Virus record (IMG/VR): IMGVR_UViG_3300043295_000234
Length of the DNA stretch: 24,107 bases
Strand: one strand, 5' to 3'
Source: a virus
The notes beneath the pieces were generated by a model that was not told the origin of the DNA, did no database searches, and saw only the letters and a program-made list of their open reading frames with translations. The position numbers and the translations under genes are program-made. Below are positions 1 to 7,533 of the stretch, one piece after another (position 1 is the first letter of the stretch; each line of letters starts with the position of its first letter).

Positions 1-2
1 AG

Positions 3-131
3 CTGCGGCTGGGGGCGCGCGTGGCCCGCGAGATGACGCCCCAGGAGCGGTACGCGGCCGAGGAGAGGATCCGCGAGCTCGACGCGGTCCTGTCGGGCGG
101 GCCCGAACGTCGAGCGGGACGCCTGTACTAA
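3..131 (+). CDS. 3' end of a hypothetical protein (5'-truncated by the window)
   Basis: Frame 3 reads LRLGARVAREMTPQERYAAEERIRELDAVLSGGPERRAGRLY with TAA at 129-131, overlapping the convergent HNH stop. Confidence 0.55.
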   Translation: MRLGARVAREMTPQERYAAEERIRELDAVLSGGPERRAGRLY

Positions 132-637
132 CCGAGGTGGGGGCACACGCCCCCGTTTCTGACCTTCCCGAGCTGGCAGACGGCGCAGAGAGCTTGTAGA
201 GGCGGTTCGTTGGGCCACCCTCTGGCCCGTAGTAGGGCTGCGAAGGACCGACCGCCCTTGCTCCCGCGCCCTCCCCCGCGGTCTTTGGCCCCGTCGTTGT
301 TGACGTGGTCGAGGGTCAGCGCCCATTCTGGGGCTACGATGTGTAGAGGGCATTTGGGGCAGCAGCACACCGGCGGGTCGTGACCCGAGTAGTGGACGAG
401 TGCCTCGTGATACGCTCTGCTCTGCGTCTCTCGTACCTGCCGGGCCGCACAGGACTTGCACCGGCGGAAGAAGGGGTGCCCGTGGACGCGAAGGACATTC
501 GCTTCCGTCAACTGGACGCCACACCGCAGGCAGGTCTTTAGGGGCCGAGGGGGACGAACAGTAGTTGGTAGGCCGCCGCTCGCCGTGTTCCCCTCGGCTG
601 TCCCCGTTCCGTCGTTGAGCGTACGCTGTGCGAGCAT
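128..637 (-). CDS. HNH-family endonuclease-like protein with Zn-binding motifs (copy 1)
   Basis: CLRC..CKSC, CCCPKC, LTLDHVNNDG, LQALCAVCQLGK..GGVCPH; typical of small phage HNH proteins; visibly less GC-rich than the flanks. Confidence 0.75.
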   Translation of the reverse strand: MLAQRTLNDGTGTAEGNTASGGLPTTVRPPRPLKTCLRCGVQLTEANVLRVHGHPFFRRCKSCAARQVRETQSRAYHEALVHYSGHDPPVCCCPKCPLHIVAPEWALTLDHVNNDGAKDRGGGRGSKGGRSFAALLRARGWPNEPPLQALCAVCQLGKVRNGGVCPHLG

Positions 638-685
638 GGCGACCTACCGCCGGGTTGATAGGTCCGGCTACCCTTAACAGTATGG

Positions 686-1051
686 ATGAGCGCCCGCTTC
701 GACCCGAGGGACATGGACGAGGACGGCCGGTACATCTCGAACGCCGTCCTGCTGGAGAAGATCAACGGGTTCCGAACGTTCTACGAGACGCGCCACAGCG
801 AGCTCATGGAGCGGGTCGCCCACCTGGAGGGGGTCGTCAAGGAGGTCGGCGAGAAGGCCGCCGAGCGGGCCGCCGTCCTCGAGAACCGGGAGATCGTCGA
901 CCGGGAGCGCATCAAGACGCTCTTCGAGGCGAACGCCGCCCACAAGCAGGCCCACGCGGACGGCCGGGCGACGACGATCGCGGTGGTCACCGTCATCGTG
1001 GGCGCCGCCGGAGTCCTCTCATACTTCATCGGACTGTTCCTGGGCCGGTGA
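686..1051 (+). CDS. Coiled-coil protein with a C-terminal transmembrane anchor
   Basis: 121 aa; charged helical body then TTIAVVTVIVGAAGVLSYFIGLFLG; TTGATA at 655-660 is at TATA-like distance from the ATG. Confidence 0.8.
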   Translation: MSARFDPRDMDEDGRYISNAVLLEKINGFRTFYETRHSELMERVAHLEGVVKEVGEKAAERAAVLENREIVDRERIKTLFEANAAHKQAHADGRATTIAVVTVIVGAAGVLSYFIGLFLGR

Positions 1052-1698
1052 CCGACTCGGTCAGCGTGGTCCTCATCAGCCGCACCCTCGAGGAGGCGCG
1101 CCGGGCCAGCGAGCGGCTGCCGCCCGGGGCCGACGAGGTCCTGCTCGCCACGAACCCCCGCGGGATCCCGTCCGTGCATCCGGCGGTCATGCGGAACCGG
1201 GGCGCCGAGCACGCCACGGGCTCCATCCTGGCGTTCTTCGACGACGACTGCTCGATCGAGGGCGACCTCCGCTGGTTCAAGGGCCGGAGCGAGGCCTGGT
1301 GGACGGCGCAGTCGTTCCGCGACGCCACCGGGGACGGGGCGTCGGCGCGCGCCTGCGCGTTCTCCACGGCCGCGGCGCGCCACGGGATCTGGTTCGGCGC
1401 GATCGGCGCCTTCATGGTGTTCCGCCGCAGCGCGTTCTGGGCCGTCGGGGGCTTCCCCGTCGTCGCGCCGGGAGAGGACACGGGCATCGCGCGCCGGCTC
1501 TACCGCCTCGGGCTCCGGATGCACCCCTCGCCGTTCCGGGTGACCTTCCACCGCCCCGTGACGACCCTCGGGCCCGCGATCCGGCGGGCGCCCGACTGGC
1601 TGAGGTTCCCGCAGCCGGAGACGGTGCCGATCCTCCGCCAGGTCCCGCGTCAGCCCAGCGGGACGCAGCAGCCGTCGCCCGTCGTGTCGGCGAAGTAG
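1048..1698 (+). CDS. Glycosyltransferase family 2 (GT-A fold)
   Basis: GTG start overlaps the upstream TGA (GTGA); VSVVLIS, RNRGAEHATGSILAFFDDD, FMVFRRSAFWAVGGF, GED motifs; 216 aa. Confidence 0.85.
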   Translation: MTDSVSVVLISRTLEEARRASERLPPGADEVLLATNPRGIPSVHPAVMRNRGAEHATGSILAFFDDDCSIEGDLRWFKGRSEAWWTAQSFRDATGDGASARACAFSTAAARHGIWFGAIGAFMVFRRSAFWAVGGFPVVAPGEDTGIARRLYRLGLRMHPSPFRVTFHRPVTTLGPAIRRAPDWLRFPQPETVPILRQVPRQPSGTQQPSPVVSAK

Positions 1699-2144
1699 CC
1701 CGGCGGGCAGTCCGCGGCCTCGCCCGGCGGGACGGGGTAGTTGAGCGCGGGGACCTGGTTCCCCGGGCACGCCGGGCAGCTCGGGCACGGGCATTGCTCC
1801 TCGCAGTTGCACCCGCCGGTGCAGCCGATGTCCGCGCACGTCGCGCACGACAGCGGCGCCTGGCACGTCTGGTTCTCGGGGCAGTTCGGGCCGCAGTCGG
1901 AGCAGGGGCAGTCCTGCCCGCAGTCGCATCCGGACGGGGTGCACCACCCGTCGGCGTCCGGCCCGACGGTTCCCGGGGGGCATCCCCCCGTCGTCGGCAC
2001 GCACAGCCCCTCCGGGGGGCGCGGAGGGCACCCGGGACGCGGGCACGGGCTCAGGGAGCACCGGAGGACCCACCCGATGAGGAAGCCGCCCGCGACGGCG
2101 GCAAGGCCGATCGCCGCGGCCTGGCCCCGGGTCGCCACGGTCAT
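1650..2144 (-). CDS. Membrane-anchored Cys/Pro/Gly-rich protein (25 Cys)
   Basis: ATG at 2144 overlaps the upstream stop (ATGA); N-terminal hydrophobic AAAIGLAAVAGGFLIGWVL followed by dense CxC/CxxC repeats; 164 aa. Confidence 0.75.
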   Translation of the reverse strand: MTVATRGQAAAIGLAAVAGGFLIGWVLRCSLSPCPRPGCPPRPPEGLCVPTTGGCPPGTVGPDADGWCTPSGCDCGQDCPCSDCGPNCPENQTCQAPLSCATCADIGCTGGCNCEEQCPCPSCPACPGNQVPALNYPVPPGEAADCPPGYFADTTGDGCCVPLG

Positions 2145-2362
2145 TCCTCGGAAGGACACGTCAGGCAGAGGCCCTGCGACGTCGACGTCCCCGGCGCCCC
2201 GCCCGGCCCGCCCGGCGCCCCCGACGACGCGGGCTGGGAGCCGCTGCTGGACCCGGCGGCGCGGCGGCGGCGGAGCAGCGCGGCGATCGCGAGCGCGGCC
2301 CAGACGCTCACCACGACGCCGCTCCCGACGGCGACGCCGAGGTCCTCGTCGGCCACGCTCAC
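2141..2362 (-). CDS. Small membrane protein (73 aa)
   Basis: GTGA overlap at the start and ATGA overlap at the end; TM segment LGVAVGSGVVVSVWAALAIAALL followed by RRRR. Confidence 0.7.
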   Translation of the reverse strand: MSVADEDLGVAVGSGVVVSVWAALAIAALLRRRRAAGSSSGSQPASSGAPGGPGGAPGTSTSQGLCLTCPSEE

Positions 2363-2913
2363 CACTTCCCTTCGGGGCACCCGCCCGTTCCGGACAGGAG
2401 GACCCGCGTCGCGATGGGGCAGCCGCAGTGGCGGCACCGCGGAAGGATCCCGCCCGTGTTCATCTCGCAGGCGTCGCAGACGGCCCGCCGGTACGACCGG
2501 AGCCCGCTCGAGAGGGCCGCGACCGGCGCCGTCGGGGGAGGCCGGTTGTAGGCGTGGAGCTCCTCCTGCGCCGCCGCGGCGATCTCGCGGACCTGGTGGC
2601 CGGGCTTCCCCGGCGCCACGATGACGTAGCCGAGCTCGGCGAGGGTGTGCTCCCCGACGGTCGTCTCCGTGCCGTTCGGGGCGATCCAGATGGGGACCTC
2701 CTTGCTGAGGCCGTCGATCTCGACGGCGCCCATCGCCTCGGGCCAGCTGACCTGCCCGTTGTCCGTCATGGGATGCGCCGTCCGGTACGGGACGAGCCCG
2801 ATCGCCCGGGCGTCGCTCTGCCCCAGGATGGCCTGCGAGGCGCCCGTGTCGACGAGCGCGCTCCGCTCGATCGACCCGCCCGGGCCGTGGAACGTCGCCA
2901 GGAGGTGCGCCAT
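2359..2913 (-). CDS. Retropepsin-like (clan AA) aspartic protease with a C-terminal Cys-rich Zn finger
   Basis: ALVDTGASQAIL catalytic motif; TVGEHTL at the position of the (I/L)LG motif; C-terminal CDAC..CRHCGC..C; TGATG junction; 184 aa. Confidence 0.8.
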   Translation of the reverse strand: MAHLLATFHGPGGSIERSALVDTGASQAILGQSDARAIGLVPYRTAHPMTDNGQVSWPEAMGAVEIDGLSKEVPIWIAPNGTETTVGEHTLAELGYVIVAPGKPGHQVREIAAAAQEELHAYNRPPPTAPVAALSSGLRSYRRAVCDACEMNTGGILPRCRHCGCPIATRVLLSGTGGCPEGKW

Positions 2914-3485
2914 CAGGTCGCCGCCTTCTTCGGGTTGTAGAAGAGGAACTGGACGTCGACGCCCGCGTCCGTCGCCGCCGGGTCCGCCATGACGTAGAGG
3001 TAGCTGAGGTCCCACACGTCGAGCGCGATCGCCTGGCCCTCGGGCAGGTGCGAGTACGCGTTCGCCGGCGGCGTCGCCTGCGGCGCGTCGGAGAACCAGT
3101 ACAGGAGCTCCGTCAGGGCGGAGAGGTTCCGCAGCGTCACCGTCCGGACGTTCGGCGGCACCGGGCTCACGAGGGTCGCGACGGCCTGCCCGTTCTGGAC
3201 GACGACGAGGTTCGCCCCGCCCGACCCAAACCCGTTCTTCGGCGTCCCGACCTGGGAGTAGGTCAGCGTCCGGAGGTCGTTGGCGGGCTCGAGCAGCCGC
3301 CGGATCTGGCGGAGCAGCTGGCAGACGTCCTCGGGCGACCCCGGGACGATCCCCGCCGAGCCCGACGGCGCCTCGGTCAGGCTCAGGCCGGCCGCGGGGA
3401 GCTGGGCCGACTGGCCCTGTCGGCGGCCGGGCGGGCGCACGGGGACGCTGGTCGGAACGCTGGTCGGCTCCTCGGTCGCCTCCAC
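2913..3485 (-). CDS. Hypothetical protein, putative virion component (beta-rich C-terminal domain)
   Basis: 190 aa; low-complexity N-terminus then alternating-hydrophobic strands (VRTVTLRNL, LLYWF, YLYV, VDVQFLF); located in the structural block. Confidence 0.65.
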   Translation of the reverse strand: MEATEEPTSVPTSVPVRPPGRRQGQSAQLPAAGLSLTEAPSGSAGIVPGSPEDVCQLLRQIRRLLEPANDLRTLTYSQVGTPKNGFGSGGANLVVVQNGQAVATLVSPVPPNVRTVTLRNLSALTELLYWFSDAPQATPPANAYSHLPEGQAIALDVWDLSYLYVMADPAATDAGVDVQFLFYNPKKAAT

Positions 3486-3495
3486 GGCGACCCCT

Positions 3496-3921
3496 CTACT
3501 GGCCCGCGCCCGGCGTCATGCGCGCGAGCGCGTGGGCGTTGAGGCTCGTCGCCGCGTTCGACACCACCTGGAGCTTGTAGCCCGGCGTGATGAGGATCTT
3601 GAACTGGTCCTCGTCGAACTTCTCGCTCGCGCTCGCCGCCAGGTTCCAGGTGAACAGCGGGATCGTGGTCGACGTGTCCGGGTCGTACAGCTGCACCGTC
3701 GCCAGGATCGCGGAGTTGGTGGCGTTGGTCAGGATGAGCCAGTCCACCTTCAGGTTGAAGTTGTCCGGGCAGATCGGGCCGTCGCCGGTGGCCCCGTCGA
3801 CCGTCAGGTCCGCCGGCGTCTCGCCGACCGCCGTGTGGGTCGACAGCGGGACGTAGTCGGCGTCGTGGACGTCGTCGAAGTAGCCCGACCCGAGGTAGGC
3901 CGAGGACGTGGACGCGCCCAT
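3496..3921 (-). CDS. Putative virion protein, single beta-sandwich (penton/spike-like)
   Basis: 141 aa; TGATG start; strand pattern LKVDWLILTN..ATVQLYD..ILITPGYKLQVVSN resembles small jelly-roll domains (fold inferred). Confidence 0.65.
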   Translation of the reverse strand: MGASTSSAYLGSGYFDDVHDADYVPLSTHTAVGETPADLTVDGATGDGPICPDNFNLKVDWLILTNATNSAILATVQLYDPDTSTTIPLFTWNLAASASEKFDEDQFKILITPGYKLQVVSNAATSLNAHALARMTPGAGQ

Positions 3922-4754
3922 CAGCTGCCTCCCGTGGAGGCCGTGAGATACCCGGCCGAGATGAGGGCCTGCTCGACGGAGGTCGACGCGGCGCTGTTCT
4001 TCGGCTTGCCGCGGCTCGAGCTGTACGGGGGAAGGTCGCCCGCCTCGGCGCCGAGCGGCTGGATCTTGCCGTAGTTGTTCGAGGGCCACGGCAGGTTGAC
4101 GTTCGGCGCGCCGAGCGACACGTAGCGCGCGGGCATCGTGCGCTTGAGGAGCCGCTGGACGATCGCGGGGTCGGTGACGGGGTCGACGTACAGGCGGTTC
4201 ACGAGGAAGTAGAACCGCGGGTTCACGGGCCACGGGCCCGGGTTCGCCAGCACGAACGAGATCAGGATGCTGTTCAGGCTGAAGAACTCCGAGTAGCGGC
4301 TCGGCGACTTGTACGGCGAGTCGAAGCCGTCGAGGAAGCCGACGTCGGGGTACGTCTGCGACGGGACGATGTTCTGGTCCAGCGCCGCGACGAACGAGCC
4401 GCCCGGCTGCTGGAGCCACACGCGCATCTGCCGCGGCGCGACGCCCCAGAAGACCTGGTAGAGCTCGAGCTCGTCGAGCAGCGTGAAGATGTTGGTGACG
4501 CCCGCGATCGACGTCACGGTGTTCAGCAGCGGCAGCTGGAGGTTCTGGATGTAGCCCGGCGCCTGGCCCGCGCCCGGCACCTCGCCGACCTGCACCATCG
4601 GGCCCGCGAGGGCCCCCTGGAGGACCGGGTCGTAGACGAGCGGGTTCAAGCTCTGGCGCCGGACGACGAGCGGGACGTACTCGTCGGTGCCCGTGTTCAG
4701 AACGACGTAGTCGGATTCCTGGAGGAGCTGGCTCAGGTCGTCGATGCTCGGCAT
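3921..4754 (-). CDS. Putative capsid protein (jelly-roll-like, 277 aa)
   Basis: Strong purine-rich RBS (AAAGGGAGAG); beta-rich composition (YQVFWGV, MRVWLQ, ISFVLAN, FYFLVN). The ORF is clear; the capsid function is inferred. Confidence 0.6.
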   Translation of the reverse strand: MPSIDDLSQLLQESDYVVLNTGTDEYVPLVVRRQSLNPLVYDPVLQGALAGPMVQVGEVPGAGQAPGYIQNLQLPLLNTVTSIAGVTNIFTLLDELELYQVFWGVAPRQMRVWLQQPGGSFVAALDQNIVPSQTYPDVGFLDGFDSPYKSPSRYSEFFSLNSILISFVLANPGPWPVNPRFYFLVNRLYVDPVTDPAIVQRLLKRTMPARYVSLGAPNVNLPWPSNNYGKIQPLGAEAGDLPPYSSSRGKPKNSAASTSVEQALISAGYLTASTGGS

Positions 4755-4828
4755 CTTGTTTCTCTCCCTTTCGTGTGTGTGTGCTCGGGGCGGAGGAAGG
4801 GGTTGCTATGAGGGGGGTAGGCCGCGAC

Positions 4829-5158
4829 CTACGTCCCCTCGTAGATGACCGAGGCGGTCAGGCCCTCGGCGTAGGTGACGGACCCGAGCTCCTGGAGGTA
4901 GCCGCCCGTGGTCGCGCCCGTCGTGTAGAGCTTGAGCAGGAACGTCTGTCCCGACTCGGAGCCGAGCACGGCGGCGGCGAGGACGGTGGTCCCCTGGCCC
5001 GTCGAGGCCGGGGACTTCACCATCACCGATCGGACCTTGTTCAGCTGGGCCGCCTTCGTGACGGTCAGCGTGTAGCCGCCCGCCGGGTAGACCGTGCTGG
5101 GGACCGTGATGTCCTCGGCGAACAGCCGGGCATCGGTCCCCGTCGACTGGTTCCCCAT
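4829..5158 (-). CDS. Small beta-rich virion protein (cement/decoration-like)
   Basis: 109 aa; GGAGGAGG RBS; YPAGGYTL..LLKLYT..ELGS pattern; lies between two capsid-like genes. Confidence 0.65.
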   Translation of the reverse strand: MGNQSTGTDARLFAEDITVPSTVYPAGGYTLTVTKAAQLNKVRSVMVKSPASTGQGTTVLAAAVLGSESGQTFLLKLYTTGATTGGYLQELGSVTYAEGLTASVIYEGT

Positions 5159-5192
5159 CTTCTTCGACCCCCCTCCTCCGCGGGAACGGGGC

Positions 5193-6050
5193 CTACGTGG
5201 CCTCGTTCGTCGCGTAGTCGGTCGTCTGGATCTGGCCGCCGAGGACGGTCGGGATCGAGGCGCCCGCCGTCTCGTAGTTGATGTCGATGTAGAGCGCCTT
5301 GTTGAGCTGGACCAGGAACGCCTGGTCGAACTCGTAGACGCCCAGGTCGGACGGGGTGTGGAGCCACGGGTTCTCGTGGACGCCGAGCTTGCGCTGGGTC
5401 TGGTCGAGCAGCTGCCACTCCGTGATCCGCGGCGAGGAGGCGAAGTCGCCGATGCCGAGGACCTCCATCACGACGCGGTTCTGCGGGGACCGGAGGATCG
5501 AGCCCGACGTGGTCGTGTTCAGGTTGATGTTGAACGCGCCCGTCTGGACCGTGGTGACGGAGGCGCCCACCGCCCACCCGGCCGTCGCGACGGTGTACGG
5601 CCAGGCGATGATGTCGGCTGCGGAGATCGTCGGGTAGCACGTCGCCGCCCGGATCAGCGACGGGACGAGGGTCCCGTTCGAGATGGGGCCGATGTTCCCC
5701 GTGATCTCGTACTTCGCGTCGACGGCGAGGATCGCGAGCTGCGGGAGCTTCGTCGCGAAGTACACCATGTCGCGGAAGCTGTAGCGCGCGTAGAGCTGGG
5801 TGTAGTACCAGCTCATGAAGTTGGACCACTCGGTGACGGTGAGCGCGGTCGAGGAGAGGTCGGGCGTCGGGTAGATGTTGGTCAGGTAGTCGTCCGCCGG
5901 CTGCCCGCCGGGCAGGAGCGGCGACTGCGCGGGCGTCGGGCCCGCGAGGCCGAGGAAGGCGTCGACGTTCAGCGGCGAGTCCCCAGGGAGGACCTGGAGC
6001 TTCGCGTAGATGGTGTCCGTCCCGGGGTTCATTCGCGGTAGATCGGCCAT
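5193..6050 (-). CDS. Putative major capsid protein (285 aa)
   Basis: ATG at 6050 with GAGGG RBS and an upstream TATAAG (6087-6092); Thr/Ala/aromatic beta-rich sequence ending in strand-like VMEVLGI..ITEWQL..FLVQLNKALYIDINY..VLGGQI. Function inferred. Confidence 0.6.
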   Translation of the reverse strand: MADLPRMNPGTDTIYAKLQVLPGDSPLNVDAFLGLAGPTPAQSPLLPGGQPADDYLTNIYPTPDLSSTALTVTEWSNFMSWYYTQLYARYSFRDMVYFATKLPQLAILAVDAKYEITGNIGPISNGTLVPSLIRAATCYPTISAADIIAWPYTVATAGWAVGASVTTVQTGAFNINLNTTTSGSILRSPQNRVVMEVLGIGDFASSPRITEWQLLDQTQRKLGVHENPWLHTPSDLGVYEFDQAFLVQLNKALYIDINYETAGASIPTVLGGQIQTTDYATNEAT

Positions 6051-6086
6051 GTGTGTCCCTCGAGTGCTGTAGGGTCGGGCAGGGTT

Positions 6087-6107
6087 CTTATACGGAGGAG
6101 TCACTCC
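6087..6107. promoter_or_regulatory. Bidirectional TATA box (CTTATA/TATAAG) plus GGAGT-C-ACTCC palindrome
   Basis: TTATA at 6088-6092 lies 23-27 nt before ATG 6115 (+); TATAAG on the minus strand lies about 40 nt before the capsid ATG at 6050. Confidence 0.6.
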
Positions 6108-6114
6108 ATGACTG

Positions 6115-6342
6115 ATGGTACCGGCCGAATCAGACGGGGACGGTCAGGCCCCCCATGCGACCCCTGGACGGACCGAGCTCGTGAAGTTTCAGGTGACCTC
6201 TGAGACGAAGCTGGCATGGGTTCGAGTTACGGGTGAGGCCCGCGTGAAGAAGCGATGGAACCAGGACGATCTACTCCACCACCTACTCGAGCTCTACGCG
6301 GCCGAGGAGATGGGGAACCGTAGCGTGTTCCATCGCCGCTGA
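6115..6342 (+). CDS. Ribbon-helix-helix-like transcription regulator
   Basis: 75 aa; LVKFQVTSETKLAWVRV..NQDDLLHHLLELY strand-helix-helix pattern; divergent from the capsid gene. Confidence 0.55.
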   Translation: MVPAESDGDGQAPHATPGRTELVKFQVTSETKLAWVRVTGEARVKKRWNQDDLLHHLLELYAAEEMGNRSVFHRR

Positions 6343-6384
6343 AAAAGAGGGGTCCCCTGCCTCGCGGGGGTCACGAGGCAGGGG
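6342..6384 (-). terminator. Hairpin plus U-tract terminator
   Basis: Perfect 11-bp stem (6354-6364 with 6374-6384, 9-nt loop) followed on the minus strand by CTCTTTTT, downstream of the 6405 stop. Confidence 0.7.
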
Positions 6385-6404
6385 TCGGAAAGGTTGGACT
6401 GGTC

Positions 6405-6884
6405 CTACGCGGTGAGCGCGCCGAGGACGGCGATGTTCCTCAGCGTGGCCGCCGGGGCCGCGCTCGCGGGGATCCCGCGGGGCGTCACCGTCGTGTTCGT
6501 GTAGGCGCCGCGGTAGGCCGCGCGAGCGCGGGACGCCGTCCCGCCGATCATCGCGACGACCTTCGGCACGATCCAGCCGAACAGGAACGTGGTGAGCCCC
6601 CAGCCGAGGAGGGCTCCCGACAGCGCCCTGTGGCCGCCGAGGATCCGGGTCTTGCCGAACGTCCCGATGAGCCCGAGGGTCGTGCCCACGATGCCCGTCG
6701 CGAAGTTGACCGTCTCGCCGTTGGTTCCCAGCTGCGGGACCCACGCGGGGCCCGAGCCGGAGTTGTCCCAGGCGGTCGTCGCGGCGACCTGGAGGCCGCC
6801 CGCGCCCGCGCCGATCACGCTCGTCGCGAGGACCGCACGGGTTTCGGTGTCCATCCGGAGGCCGAACCCGGGTGCGTATGCCAT
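6405..6884 (-). CDS. Multi-pass Gly/Ala-rich membrane protein (putative internal-membrane virion protein)
   Basis: 159 aa; about 3 hydrophobic segments; GGGAGGT RBS. Confidence 0.75.
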   Translation of the reverse strand: MAYAPGFGLRMDTETRAVLATSVIGAGAGGLQVAATTAWDNSGSGPAWVPQLGTNGETVNFATGIVGTTLGLIGTFGKTRILGGHRALSGALLGWGLTTFLFGWIVPKVVAMIGGTASRARAAYRGAYTNTTVTPRGIPASAAPAATLRNIAVLGALTA

Positions 6885-6921
6885 GATGTGTTACCTCCCT
6901 CTCGTGGTTTGGTCGGGAGGC

Positions 6922-7290
6922 CTACGCCCGGATCGCTCGTCCGCCGCGGAGCGCCTGGGCGCGCGCGCGCCACGCCGAGACGGCCTGCGGGACCGCCTGG
7001 TGGCGCATCTGGGCCGAGCGGGCCTTGTCGGCCCAGTACTCGGGGTTGACGGATCGGCCGGTGAGCTCGCGGCGGACGTAGCCCGCGGCGCCGGGCAGTC
7101 CGTCGATGTTGATCAGGCCCTTGTCGGCGGCGTCGTGGGCGGCCTCGGCGAGGTTGGCGCACGCCTCGGTGACGCCGGGCTTGACGAGGAACAGGTTGCG
7201 GTACGGCGCAACCGTGACGCCCTTCTTGCTGAAGGGCCCAGCCGACTTCAGGACCATTCCCGCCGCGATGCCGTTCGTGAGTCTGCTCAT
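6922..7290 (-). CDS. Basic hypothetical protein (122 aa), possible virion/DNA-binding protein
   Basis: ATG 7290 with GGAGAG RBS; Arg/Ala-rich C-terminus; first gene of the minus-strand structural block. Confidence 0.7.
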   Translation of the reverse strand: MSRLTNGIAAGMVLKSAGPFSKKGVTVAPYRNLFLVKPGVTEACANLAEAAHDAADKGLINIDGLPGAAGYVRRELTGRSVNPEYWADKARSAQMRHQAVPQAVSAWRARAQALRGGRAIRA

Positions 7291-7335
7291 TTTCGTCTCT
7301 CCGTTCGGGGTCTCCCCCGATGATAGAAGGATGGC

Positions 7336-7371
7336 GTCACTCTTAAGTCTCGTGTCACCATTTGGTGACTC
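7336..7371. promoter_or_regulatory. TATA box (CTTAAG) with GTCAC repeats and a GTCACCA-TT-TGGTGAC palindrome
   Basis: TTAAG at 7343-7347 is 25-29 nt upstream of GTG 7372; perfect 7-bp inverted repeat at 7354-7369. Confidence 0.6.
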
Positions 7372-7533
7372 GTGGCCCCGGTCGAGGAGCATATCGTTCG
7401 CCGTCAGGTGTGGGTGCGCGTGAACCAGGGCGTCCTCGACCGGATCGCCGCGTCGTGCGCGCGCAAGGGCCTCGTCCAAGAGGTCGCCGTCGGTCGGATC
7501 CTCCAGGACGCGGTAGCGCGGGGCAAGCCGTGA
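7372..7533 (+). CDS. Ribbon-helix-helix (CopG/Arc-like) regulator, 53 aa (absent from the ORF track)
   Basis: Manual translation MAPVEEHIVRRQVWVRVNQGVLDRIAASCARKGLVQEVAVGRILQDAVARGKP; classic strand-helix-Gly-helix pattern; TGA overlaps the next GTG. Confidence 0.75.
   Translation: MAPVEEHIVRRQVWVRVNQGVLDRIAASCARKGLVQEVAVGRILQDAVARGKP

Noticed and set aside
4773-4783. (GT)n microsatellite as a phase-variation switch
   Set aside because: Only 11 nt and intergenic; better explained as an A/C-rich translational leader.
7291-7479. 63-aa N-terminal extension of 6922 from TTG 7479 (ORF track)
   Set aside because: It overlaps the plus-strand RHH gene and the TATA region; ATG 7290 has an RBS.
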